Shown here: positions 1-8,434 of the stretch, in pieces
How positions within the stretch are numbered: the stretch's first letter is position 1
How the letters are laid out: every line of letters begins with the position of its first letter
IMG/VR virus record: IMGVR_UViG_2599185230_000001
Location: 1 to 64,000 of that record
DNA length: 64,000 nt
DNA from: a virus
Taxonomy: Duplodnaviria; Caudoviricetes
Direction: 5' to 3' (one strand)
Made by a program: the position numbers and the translations under genes
Notes under the pieces: model-generated
Database searches by the model: none
Seen by the model: only the letters and a program-made list of their open reading frames with translations
What the model was told of the DNA's origin: nothing

Positions 1-63
1 TTGCTATGTTTTTTCTCTACCAAAAAACAACATAGCAAAGCTGGCTTCTGCCGAAGCCTTTTT

Positions 64-88
64 AAAAACCCTGCTTTCGCAGGTTTTT
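64..88. terminator. Intrinsic terminator, possibly bidirectional
   Basis: AAAAAC-CCTGC-TTTC-GCAGG-TTTTT. Confidence 0.65.
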
Positions 89-396
89 ATTCGGGTGATC
101 TCCGACACCCGGGACCGGCGGGCGGCGAATAGTGAGACCCCATCTTAAACCGTGTCCCTTTAAACGACCTCCATCACTACCGTGATGGCGCGTATATGGC
201 GCGGGACCCTATGACGCCGTTGGTCCGGATGGCTTATGCCATCCCCGGATTATTAGCAGTTACCACTGCCACGGGTTCTAACGAACCCTCCGACTAACCT
301 GGTATCTACCAAGTGAAAATTAAACGGCAACTTCGTTGCCCATTGATCACTATGATCACTTTCCCCTTTCGGAGTGGCCCGGCTTACGCCAGGCCA
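64..396 (-). ncRNA. Candidate large structured ncRNA (or ssDNA structure), family unknown
   Basis: No ORF. About 11 consecutive short hairpins; minus-strand loops include GUAA, GAAA, GUUA, GGUA. Four G-U wobbles work only on the minus strand. Ends in a GAAA hairpin plus U tract. Confidence 0.55.
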
Positions 397-468
397 GTTA
401 ACTTACAATTAATATTTCTACCTCACCAGTAATCGTGGTCGTTTTCTTGGATATCTAGGATTTTTAGG

Positions 469-858
469 TTAGGCAGATTGAGAATGTTCATTGGATATCA
501 CATTAAATAATCTTTCAGTTTCTCTTTTATGCCATCTACCATGTCTTAAATATTTCATGTGAGCTATTTCGTGGCATATAAGTCCTTCTAATGATTCAGG
601 TTCTAGTTTAGGCCATGAATTTGCGCCTCTTATTCCCTGGCTCCAGCGATGATCACAATAACATTCATGGATGAAAAATTCATCTACAGTTATTTGATAT
701 ACTTTTTTATTTTCATCGGCATATGCAATACCTAAAGCATTTTCATATCCTTCAACCTTTCCGTGGTCATAAGCAAGAATAGGAATGATTATGTTAAATT
801 TCAACTTAATATTGGTAACTATATCGTCAAAATACTGTTGTTCCTGTTCTGTTAGCAT
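469..858 (-). CDS. HEXXH zinc metalloprotease-like protein (SprT/YgjP-like)
   Basis: ICHEIAH...HG..H motif; GGGAG SD. Confidence 0.6.
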   Translation of the reverse strand: MLTEQEQQYFDDIVTNIKLKFNIIIPILAYDHGKVEGYENALGIAYADENKKVYQITVDEFFIHECYCDHRWSQGIRGANSWPKLEPESLEGLICHEIAHMKYLRHGRWHKRETERLFNVISNEHSQSA

Positions 859-955
859 TTAAAACTCCCTCATTACTAAAGATTTATCTGATCAACACTG
901 TAATCCTGAAAGCCGGTTTTTAGTTAATACCACTAGGTGCTCATTCATCATCTTT

Positions 956-1013
956 ATACCGGCCTACTAGCCGGTATTCCCTCCCTTCGAATTGGATTTA
1001 CCGGCCTTCCGGC
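956..1013 (-). promoter_or_regulatory. RBS-switch repeat, variant copy (CCGGC stems)
   Basis: Minus strand: GCC-GGAA-GGCCGGUA...GGGAGGG A AUACCGGC-UAGUAG-GCCGGUAU AAAG AUG; followed only by a 19-codon ORF. Confidence 0.55.
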
Positions 1014-1025
1014 TTGGTTATTAGA

Positions 1026-1430
1026 TCATTTTTTTAGCCTTTCGGCAAAATACATATAACCATTATCGCCGCAACATTCTTTACAAGCTACGCTTCCATT
1101 ATTTGCACATGTTGGACAGGGATTAAGCGGATCTGTTTTCATGCTATTATCATGTTTCTGAACCCAACCAAGTGCATCTTCGCCGGTATAGGCATAGCCG
1201 TCAGCAACACTATCAATACCACCAACGTCCTTGCGGTCCTTATGGTAGATCTCAATGATACCTGCATTTAAATCCATCCAATAATAGCTATTTGAGTGAA
1301 AGTAGAAACCGATTCCGCCGGCCTCATACCAGCCGGCTGCTTTAATAGTTTCTTCCGCCGCTTTCATCCGTAGGGATTCCTGTTCTGATGTCTCACGCAT
1401 CAGGTCTTCATGAGTCAGCTTCTTAACCAT
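1026..1430 (-). CDS. Hypothetical protein with C-terminal Cys cluster
   Basis: Start moved to ATG 1430 after AAGGAGG; CPTC...CKECC. Confidence 0.6.
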   Translation of the reverse strand: MVKKLTHEDLMRETSEQESLRMKAAEETIKAAGWYEAGGIGFYFHSNSYYWMDLNAGIIEIYHKDRKDVGGIDSVADGYAYTGEDALGWVQKHDNSMKTDPLNPCPTCANNGSVACKECCGDNGYMYFAERLKK

Positions 1431-1443
1431 AAGCCCAACCTCC

Positions 1444-1830
1444 TTACTTTTGAATGAATTCAGAAATATGCGGTACCTTAACTTTTTCAAGCTTGCTCTC
1501 GCAAAGAGGGCATTTATTATTACTTTCATCCAAGCTGAAAACTTCACCGCAGCTTGTACACTTATATTCGGACACCTGCTTTACACTGGTTTTTATGGCA
1601 TTCCAGCACTCTAATAGCGGGCCGGCTACGTGCAAGATTTCATTTTCGATAAGTTGCTGGTTTCCGCTGCGCAACGCGCCAAGGAGATGCCCCATATGTT
1701 CCCCGGCAATCACTCCCCATTCTATAGGCTTGCGCTCGTCATCCTCTTTATTACTGCCGTGCACTTCGCGGTTGATTTCTTGCTGTGCTAAAACGGCTTT
1801 TATAAAGCTTTGGGCTTCTTGTAACGTCAT
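1444..1830 (-). CDS. MazG-like helical protein fused to a zinc ribbon
   Basis: W..IAGEHMGH...ENEILHVA resembles MazG-like W..IL.EEVGE...EL.QVA; CxxC...CPLC tail. Confidence 0.45.
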   Translation of the reverse strand: MTLQEAQSFIKAVLAQQEINREVHGSNKEDDERKPIEWGVIAGEHMGHLLGALRSGNQQLIENEILHVAGPLLECWNAIKTSVKQVSEYKCTSCGEVFSLDESNNKCPLCESKLEKVKVPHISEFIQK

Positions 1831-1913
1831 TTAATATACCTCCTATTCTCTACCCCTTAAAGGGGTGGTCCAGCATTCATATAATTATCCTCTCCACCAT
1901 GTTCTTTTAAATA

Positions 1914-2231
1914 TTAAGCACCAAGGTGCTTTGCACATGCTAACGCAGCTTTCGCAGCAAACTCAAAACCTTGATAAGTCACCCCAAATAAGGCTACTTT
2001 CCTAATTTCATCAACATTTGCAACTTCAATTAATATATAATGCCCCTCATATCCAGTTGACGGGTAACATACAAGCCAGCTATATTCCGGGAATTTCTGT
2101 TCCGGATCTACAGAAGGTAGAGTATCAAAATATTCTTCCGGATAACAATCTTCACTTTTAAGACGTTTTTCAAGCTCCTTTAAGACTTCACCGATAGTTT
2201 TATTTTCAATTTCAATTGGCTTTACTTTCAT
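1914..2231 (-). CDS. Hypothetical protein
   Basis: 105-aa ORF with AGGAGG SD, co-oriented with neighbours. Confidence 0.6.
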   Translation of the reverse strand: MKVKPIEIENKTIGEVLKELEKRLKSEDCYPEEYFDTLPSVDPEQKFPEYSWLVCYPSTGYEGHYILIEVANVDEIRKVALFGVTYQGFEFAAKAALACAKHLGA

Positions 2232-2382
2232 TAATGGTTTGTCCCTCCTGTATTCTGCGCCCAGTGGGCGCAGTTTTTATTTGCACCCACCGGGGGAATA
2301 CTGACAATAGAGCTTGTTAGTAGCTTGTTATCATAGTTAAGCTAAAGCTGGCTACAAAATCTGCCAATTGCTTACAGGTCTT

Positions 2383-2775
2383 TTATGCCCATTCAGCTCT
2401 TTTGTAGGCAGGTAGTTCTCCTACAATTTCACCGGCAAGATCATTTGCCAGTCTATCCATGTCTTTAAACAGCTGCGATTTTGGCACATCGCCTTCCATG
2501 CATTGGTACAAAAATCCTCTCAGGGACTTATATACCTGCACTTTACTTTCTGGCTGACATTTGTATTTATACAAGTTTAATGGATTGTTTTCTCCGTAGC
2601 GTTGATCTATTGCTCTGACGTTCATGGCCCAAAGGTTTTGCCCGAGCTTATTCGGTTCTCCTTTGTAAGCGTCCGAAATTGCCGGATAGTAATGATAGAT
2701 AGTGTCTATAAGCTTGCCATGGATAAATGTTACAATCCGGTCGATTGTTTCCTTCCCGACGATATATGCGCTCAT
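2383..2775 (-). CDS. Hypothetical protein
   Basis: Start moved to MSAYIV (2775) after GGAGG. Confidence 0.6.
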   Translation of the reverse strand: MSAYIVGKETIDRIVTFIHGKLIDTIYHYYPAISDAYKGEPNKLGQNLWAMNVRAIDQRYGENNPLNLYKYKCQPESKVQVYKSLRGFLYQCMEGDVPKSQLFKDMDRLANDLAGEIVGELPAYKRAEWA

Positions 2776-2864
2776 ATTCCCTCCACCTACTGCGAGCCGG
2801 ATGGCCCAAATGCAGTAGGCCACCCGTTTTTATTGCTCCGGTGGTGGGCATATTTTATTAACCG

Positions 2865-3605
2865 TTAAATATATCCTTTAGCTTTAAAACTCACAAACTT
2901 GCTATCTCCGATCACCAGGTGATCTAATACATTGATACCAATAATATTACCTGCCTCAATTAGGCGTTTGGTAACCTCTATATCTTGCTGGCTGGGTGTT
3001 GGATCACCGCTGGGATGGTTGTGGACCAATACTAATCCCGCCGCGCTACGCCTTACGGCATTTTTATAAAGCTCTCTGGGGTGAATCGGTGAAGAATTCA
3101 ACGTGCCGATAGAAATTGTTTCCCGGGCTATTACTTGGTTTTTTGTGTTTAGCAACAGAGCCCAAAAGTGCTCCCGGTCCAGGTAACGCATTTCTTCCAT
3201 CACCAGGGCTGCAGCGTCTTCCGGAGATTTTATAAATGGTAAATCCTCCGGCATGAGCTTGGTCATGCGTCGGGCAAGCTCAAAGGCAGCTGCAAGGCGT
3301 ATCGATTTCTCTATACCTATACCAGGCAAATTCAATAATTCTTCAGATGACATCTGGGCAAGTGCCCGAAGTCCCTGTTTCATCAAAAATTCCATTGTTT
3401 CATCGGGTATAGGTCCAAGAATGCAACCTAGTACGCCAAACAGTTCACTCGACTCAACACCATACCGAATAGCTTCTTCCCTGACTTGTAAGGACAGTGT
3501 TCTATGAACGCTTCCTACCGGTCGTTTCACTTTCAAATCCCGTGAGCTTGGCACTTCTTTGGTATATTGTTTTAACTCCTCTTCACTCCACAGCATATTT
3601 TGCAT
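2865..3605 (-). CDS. radC: RadC family JAB-domain protein
   Basis: HhH GIG motif; EHF..LLLN.KN; HPRE; HNHPSGDPTPS..D; LDHLVIG. Confidence 0.95.
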   Translation of the reverse strand: MQNMLWSEEELKQYTKEVPSSRDLKVKRPVGSVHRTLSLQVREEAIRYGVESSELFGVLGCILGPIPDETMEFLMKQGLRALAQMSSEELLNLPGIGIEKSIRLAAAFELARRMTKLMPEDLPFIKSPEDAAALVMEEMRYLDREHFWALLLNTKNQVIARETISIGTLNSSPIHPRELYKNAVRRSAAGLVLVHNHPSGDPTPSQQDIEVTKRLIEAGNIIGINVLDHLVIGDSKFVSFKAKGYI

Positions 3606-3611
3606 GATTAC

Positions 3612-3676
3612 GGATACGGGCTGCTGCCCGTATCCAATCCCTCCTTTCGGATGATTGGTCTACGGGCGCACGCCCG
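3612..3676 (-). promoter_or_regulatory. RBS-switch repeat upstream of radC
   Basis: AAAGGAGG-GAUU-[GGAUACGGGC AGCA GCCCGUAUCC]-GUAAUC-AUG, with upstream complementary arm. Confidence 0.7.
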
Positions 3677-3710
3677 GTTATCACTGATACAAATTAATCA
3701 TTTATAATGA

Positions 3711-4055
3711 TTAATCAAACTTCAAAAATTGCTCTACCATTTCTAAATCTTCTTCTCTCTTTTTCCTAAAATACTCATCTTCATCATACTTAAAGTATAT
3801 TAAGGTAAAAAATCTTACATTTTCTAAACACACAAACAACTGACAACTTTTATCACTATACACTTCACTATCAAAATCCAAATCATACTTTTTAACATAT
3901 TCAACAAAATTTTTTGGACTTAAGGCAAAACTTATTCTAATTCTGTCATTACGTTCTATATTAACATTGCAACTATATGACTCAACCTCTTTTAAAATTT
4001 TATTTAAATTTGCAGCACATTTATTGGAAATATTAAGAATCTCATTCAGATTCAT
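3711..4055 (-). CDS. Hypothetical AT-rich protein
   Basis: ORF with AAAGGTGG SD before ATG 4055. Confidence 0.55.
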   Translation of the reverse strand: MNLNEILNISNKCAANLNKILKEVESYSCNVNIERNDRIRISFALSPKNFVEYVKKYDLDFDSEVYSDKSCQLFVCLENVRFFTLIYFKYDEDEYFRKKREEDLEMVEQFLKFD

Positions 4056-4069
4056 TTTTAAACCACCTT

Positions 4070-4654
4070 TCAAAACTCTCTATTGAAGCTATTTAAAGCC
4101 ATCATCTGAATTTCAGCGTTGCTGCTTAATAAACACTCAACCAAGTACTCATAATAGTCAACTTTGTGCAGCAGCCCTGCTAAATCGCAGTGTGCTTGAT
4201 AACCGCCGGCTGCAAGTGAGTAATTAATTGTCCGCACAAGCAGCGACAGTGTTTCGTAAGCTTTATCCAACCTCTCGCATAATATCCGTTCCTTTTCCCG
4301 TTTCTTGGCTTGCTGCATTATCTTTCGGCGGGATGCCGATGATAGCGGCTTATTTACTTCAATACCAAAATCCCGGGCAATCATTCGTGCAGCCTCAATT
4401 AGTTCTAAATTGAATATTTTGGCTACTAAATCGACCCCATCGCCATGCTCACCACAGCCGAAGCATTTCCATGTTCCGTTTGGGAAAACAACGAAAGACG
4501 GTGAGTGATCATCATGAATCGGGCACCGAGCCGCCCAACGCCTACCGCGCTTCTTTAGCTCGACAATGTTATAGCGATTAATAATCTCCACAATATTTAT
4601 CTGTTTAACAAGTTGAAATATATTAATTCGCTGTGTTTCATTTGCAGCGCGCAT
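4070..4654 (-). CDS. CHC2 zinc-finger protein (DnaG N-terminal domain, no TOPRIM)
   Basis: CPIHDDHSPSF...WKCFGCGEHGD. Confidence 0.85.
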   Translation of the reverse strand: MRAANETQRINIFQLVKQINIVEIINRYNIVELKKRGRRWAARCPIHDDHSPSFVVFPNGTWKCFGCGEHGDGVDLVAKIFNLELIEAARMIARDFGIEVNKPLSSASRRKIMQQAKKREKERILCERLDKAYETLSLLVRTINYSLAAGGYQAHCDLAGLLHKVDYYEYLVECLLSSNAEIQMMALNSFNREF

Positions 4655-4721
4655 ATTATCACCTCACCGTATTTCTCTCCTTGTTTTTGTAATTTCGCTT
4701 TATTTTGTAATTAATTTGAAT

Positions 4722-4860
4722 TATAATTATGGGTAAGTGGGGGAGGGCTAGCTCCCCCAACAAGAGGTGTTCTATTTGGAATGGCGATTGGGAGATTTCC
4801 CTTTCGCTTTTCTCTTTTTCATTACGGTAGCTATTGCAGCCAAAGCCGTAATGATTTGAG
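4722..4860 (+). ncRNA. Putative antisense antitoxin RNA (3' end uncertain)
   Basis: TATAAT at 4722-4727, then a TGGGGGAG/CTCCCCCA hairpin, convergent with the toxin 3' end. Confidence 0.35.
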
Positions 4861-4906
4861 AAATCAGCTTAAGGTAGTCCGCCACTATGATCAGCCAATC
4901 CCGCAT
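4772..4906 (-). CDS. Candidate type I toxin (44-aa hydrophobic peptide, basic tail)
   Basis: MRDWLIIVADYLKLISQIITALAAIATVMKKRKAKGK...; SD lies inside a CCUCCUUCC/GGAAAGGGGG hairpin. Confidence 0.55.
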   Translation of the reverse strand: MRDWLIIVADYLKLISQIITALAAIATVMKKRKAKGKSPNRHSK

Positions 4907-5051
4907 AGGTATCACCCCCTTTCCTCGGAAGGAGGCCCCACTTACCCAAAAGTTACGTCTTAACACAAAAGGAGAACGCACGGGGTAATTCCCCGAAATT
5001 CGTTCTCCTTAACTCATGGCCGTTCGGCCTATCTTTCTTTTTACCCTGCAA

Positions 5052-5486
5052 TTAAAGCTCTTTTACTTTAATTGCGAACCACGCAATGCCATCCTTCATA
5101 ACATTATAACTGATCTCAAACCTCTTATTTTTACCGTCTTGTAATGCCTTACCAACACCATTTTTAGCAATAACAACCTGTTTTTCGCAACCGTTTTCAA
5201 CCTGGCAAGTAGCCCTGGTATTACCGTTTTTGGTTGTTTCTATTTCAGTAACAGTGACCCGGGCTACCAGGTTTTCCTTTTCTTTCTTCTCTCCACCTTC
5301 ATTTTTTGGAACCGGATCATTCTTAATCTCGGTATCCGCTGCCGGTTGTGACACAGGTACTTGGACACCAGCCAAGTTTGTAAACACACCAGACACCGCA
5401 AACATGCGGCAATCACTACCGTTCCAAGCCATACACGCATCTTGCAAACATTCGGTAAACCCTTTAAAAGGACACATTTTTTTCAT
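5052..5486 (-). CDS. Hypothetical protein (N-terminal Cys motif, possible OB-like C-terminus)
   Basis: CPF..FTEC..DACMAW...C motif. Confidence 0.6.
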   Translation of the reverse strand: MKKMCPFKGFTECLQDACMAWNGSDCRMFAVSGVFTNLAGVQVPVSQPAADTEIKNDPVPKNEGGEKKEKENLVARVTVTEIETTKNGNTRATCQVENGCEKQVVIAKNGVGKALQDGKNKRFEISYNVMKDGIAWFAIKVKEL

Positions 5487-5492
5487 TCTTTC

Positions 5493-5557
5493 AGATACGG
5501 GCCGTGCCCGTATCCATTCACCTCCATTAAAAGATGGTTGGATTCGGGCAATTGCCC
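5493..5557 (-). promoter_or_regulatory. RBS-switch repeat
   Basis: GGAGGUG-AAU-[GGAUACGGGC ACG GCCCGUAUCU]-GAAAGA-AUG. Confidence 0.7.
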
Positions 5558-5586
5558 CAAATATCTAAAAATACACCAGTTTTCTT

Positions 5587-5967
5587 TTAATACATCAACT
5601 CTGTTAACTCTTCGTCAGTTGCTTTTATACACCTATTGTAAAAATTTGAAAACTCATCAGGTTTAAAACGCCTCACTGTGATACTTTCAAACGGTAATGC
5701 ACCGCGAATAACCAGCCATTCATCACCGCCATCAACCTGGTTGATGAAAGCTATATTCCCAAGGTAAAATGCTTGCGCTAAACACCAATTTCCCTTACTA
5801 ATTTCAAAATATAGCTCTTCTAAAGTATCGCAACGGTAAAAGGATTCTTTTGTAAATGGTGGATCATAAGAATCCCTAATCCAAGGATTATTGTTACCTA
5901 TTTCCAACCATTTTTGAATTAATTCCTGATAGTCACTTTCTTTTGACTCTATCCGCAATTCTTCCAT
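5587..5967 (-). CDS. Hypothetical protein
   Basis: Likely start ATG 5967 just downstream of the switch hairpin. Confidence 0.6.
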   Translation of the reverse strand: MEELRIESKESDYQELIQKWLEIGNNNPWIRDSYDPPFTKESFYRCDTLEELYFEISKGNWCLAQAFYLGNIAFINQVDGGDEWLVIRGALPFESITVRRFKPDEFSNFYNRCIKATDEELTELMY

Positions 5968-5976
5968 GATAATGCC

Positions 5977-6044
5977 GGATACGGGCCACGCCCGTATCCA
6001 ATTCACCTCCCTAAAAAGATGTTTGGATTCGGGCTTCACGGCCC
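5977..6044 (-). promoter_or_regulatory. RBS-switch repeat
   Basis: GCCCGAAUCCAA-A-CAUCUUU-UUAG-GGAGGUG-AA-UUGGAUACGGGC-GUG-GCCCGUAUCC. Confidence 0.7.
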
Positions 6045-6209
6045 TTTTCCCATTTTTTTTACCAGGACAATCCTAAGCTATTATGAACCGCCTTTCCCTC
6101 CATTTTTTCTTTATACAGACACTTGGTCTGTTAGGTCCGGGTGGCCCCAATTGCAAACCACCTGCTTTTTCTTGCCCAGTGATAGATTTATAATAAATTA
6201 ATTTTCGCC

Positions 6210-6586
6210 TTAGTTCTTTAAAGCACCCATTTGATTCGCCAGGACCCAAAGGGCTTTATTAAGCTTTATATTGTTATCAATTGACTTTACCGGTCTCGTC
6301 GATACCCTTCTTCCGGAAACGGATCTGCCGCGCTGGCCGCCCTTGATTACGTTTTCCTGTACCCGGTTAAAGGTGCTCCAAAGGTCTTCCCTTTCGTCAA
6401 CCCGACGGCGAGACGATAGTGCTTGAGCAGAAGAAATTGGAGCCTTCTCTATATCGTCGTACTTTAGAGTTAAGGCTGCCGCAGCAAAAGCTTTAGCTTC
6501 CGGAAGAGTCAATTGCGTTGACTTCATCGTTTCCACTGACTCTTGGGCTGTATCAAAATCATCGACAATACTATAAGCGGCATCTA
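6210..6586 (-). pseudogene. DUF932/DUF945 (YafZ-like) protein, C-terminal half only, cut by the prophage end
   Basis: RR.D...DLWSTFNRVQEN.IKGG..G....GRR..TR.V.SID..IKLN.ALW; similarity stops at the phage end. Confidence 0.85.
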
Positions 6587-6633
6587 TGTAGCCGCGCAGA
6601 ATTTTTGGCAAACATTCTCAAAATTTTTGGCAA
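6587..6633 (+). repeat. Prophage end (methylase side) with two transposase-binding repeats
   Basis: TGTAG at 6587; CAGAATTTTTGGCAA 6597-6611 and CAAAATTTTTGGCAA 6619-6633. Confidence 0.8.
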
Positions 6634-6756
6634 AAATAAGAACTGATTCTTAAAAGATGCAAAATCAAGGACCACCTATCTTAATCCTCGTAGCAGGGTT
6701 AATTGTTATTAATAAATCTATCTAAGATTAAAATGCCCGTTAATATAAACAGGCAC

Positions 6757-7020
6757 TTAATATAATTTTCGATTTTGTTTTATGGATCTATTACCACTTG
6801 TTAATCTTTTCCTTTTGGGGATATATTCTAAGATGTCTGACACTTCACATTCTAAGACTTCACATATCTTATCAAGATGATTAAGATTTATTCTTTCTAC
6901 TAACTCGTGATAATAATCCCCTATTGTGCTCGGTCGGATTCCTGTTCTCCGGGCCAGTTCTGCCTGAGTCCACTTACGCTCTCCAAGGAGTCTCGATAAA
7001 TGTATTTTAATCACGTACAA
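6757..7020 (-). CDS. XRE/Cro-C1 HTH regulator (YozG-like)
   Basis: L..LL.ERKWTQAELARRTGIRPSTI...I.L..LDKICEVLECEVSDIL. Confidence 0.85.
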   Translation of the reverse strand: MYVIKIHLSRLLGERKWTQAELARRTGIRPSTIGDYYHELVERINLNHLDKICEVLECEVSDILEYIPKRKRLTSGNRSIKQNRKLY

Positions 7021-7121
7021 TCACCCCATTTCGGGGAAATTGTATCACCGTGAGTTATTGTCTAAGTTAATATGTTATAAAATCACGAAATACGTTATTT
7101 AAACTTTAAAAAAAATTAAAT

Positions 7122-7877
7122 TTAATAGTTTCTAATTATTAACTCTTTATATTGATGATCTGCATAGTTATATCTAATATTTAGATTATTACTCCGGCTT
7201 ACAGCTACAATATTAAAATTTTTATATAGCTCCCGAACTTGAGTGCAATCGTTATATGTCAAAATAAACTTACCTTTGATATTAAGCAGTATCTCCCTGA
7301 GCTTTGCATGTTCTTCATGTTGAAATACGGCTGAGTAATATTTTTCGGTACCATAATAAGGTGGATCTAAATAAAATAGAGCTGCAGGTCTGTCGTAGAC
7401 ATCTAATAAGCTATCGTATGGTTTGTTCTCCACCACTACACGGGAAAGCCGCTGTTGGACTTGATTTAAATAGTTGGTCATACCCATAATATCTTTTGGT
7501 CTACAACCGTAATTACGGCAGTTGCTACCGTAACTGTTTTTAATGATCATGAAGAACCTCGCTGCCCGTTGGATATCCGTAAGACCTCTGACTGTATTTT
7601 GGGCTAGATAATCTTCAAATAATTCACGGCAGTTTAGAATATAGCTTAGTTCCTTTTGAACCTCCGAACAATGGTTTTTTACGCATCTAAATAAGTTTAC
7701 CAGGTCCGAATTGAGGTCGTTATAAACTTCAAATTCTGCGTGTTTGTCCCGGTAAAACAGCACCCAGCCAGCACCACCAAATACTTCGATATACCTACCA
7801 AAGTTAGGTGGAAACCTCTTTACGATTTCTGCCCGGAGGAGCCTTTTACCGCCAATCCAGCTAAGAAAACTGTTCAA
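7122..7877 (-). CDS. D12-class N6-adenine DNA methyltransferase (Dam family)
   Basis: W.GGK; Y.EVFGGAG; ND.N; YLDPPY; TTG start after AAAGGAG. Confidence 0.93.
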   Translation of the reverse strand: MNSFLSWIGGKRLLRAEIVKRFPPNFGRYIEVFGGAGWVLFYRDKHAEFEVYNDLNSDLVNLFRCVKNHCSEVQKELSYILNCRELFEDYLAQNTVRGLTDIQRAARFFMIIKNSYGSNCRNYGCRPKDIMGMTNYLNQVQQRLSRVVVENKPYDSLLDVYDRPAALFYLDPPYYGTEKYYSAVFQHEEHAKLREILLNIKGKFILTYNDCTQVRELYKNFNIVAVSRSNNLNIRYNYADHQYKELIIRNY

Positions 7878-7989
7878 GATGTCACTCCTTTGCATATATT
7901 AAGTTCTTTATGTTGACCCCGTCTAACTAGGGTCCGCTTGGACTCTTCGAATTGGCACCTCCATTATTAATAATTAATTAAAGTTGGTA

Positions 7990-8025
7990 ATAATCCAGGC
8001 CGCAAGGTGGCGCGACCTGGATTAT
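7990..8025 (-). promoter_or_regulatory. 14-bp stem-loop upstream of the methylase
   Basis: AUAAUCCAGGUCGC-loop-GCGGCCUGGAUUAU; U-G pair valid on the minus strand only. Confidence 0.5.
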
Positions 8026-8031
8026 ACATAC

Positions 8032-8298
8032 TTAAATACCTACCTGTGCCAAAACTGCTTGCACCATAGCAGCAGTAGCTTTATCAAGTTCAGCCAGGGG
8101 AATACCGTCGTTTCGGTTGCCACCGAAATAAACTTCGCGGTTGCCATAGTCAAACACAGTCTCGCCGCCCACTACAGGGTATCCAAACTCGTGTTCACCA
8201 GTGTAATCCACTATCTCGCTGTGTGCAAACCGCTGAGCCATCTCCAAACTGTTAACTACATGCAGAACCCCATACTTGTCACGATATGCTTTAGCCAT
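8032..8298 (-). CDS. Hypothetical phage protein
   Basis: 88 aa, AAGGAGG SD. Confidence 0.7.
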   Translation of the reverse strand: MAKAYRDKYGVLHVVNSLEMAQRFAHSEIVDYTGEHEFGYPVVGGETVFDYGNREVYFGGNRNDGIPLAELDKATAAMVQAVLAQVGI

Positions 8299-8377
8299 TT
8301 TTTATCCTCCTTGTTTTTATTTTAGATAGTTAAGTGACGACCACCAGTTTGTGCCGATAACCACCTCCTTCAGAGTA

Positions 8378-8402
8378 ATAAAAATAACGCCTTTCGGCGT
8401 TA
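8378..8402 (-). terminator. Intrinsic terminator after the tail-fibre module
   Basis: UAACGCC-GAAA-GGCGUUA-UUUUU. Confidence 0.75.
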
Positions 8403-8434
8403 CTGCTTATGTCGTCTTTTAATCCTACTGCGCA

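Noticed and set aside
64-396. Group I intron, RNase P, tmRNA or 6S identity for the structured region
   Set aside because: None of their conserved core motifs recognised; not inside a gene.
6587-6611. MPKILRGY N-terminus of the DUF932 ORF
   Set aside because: Derived from the phage end sequence, not the original gene.
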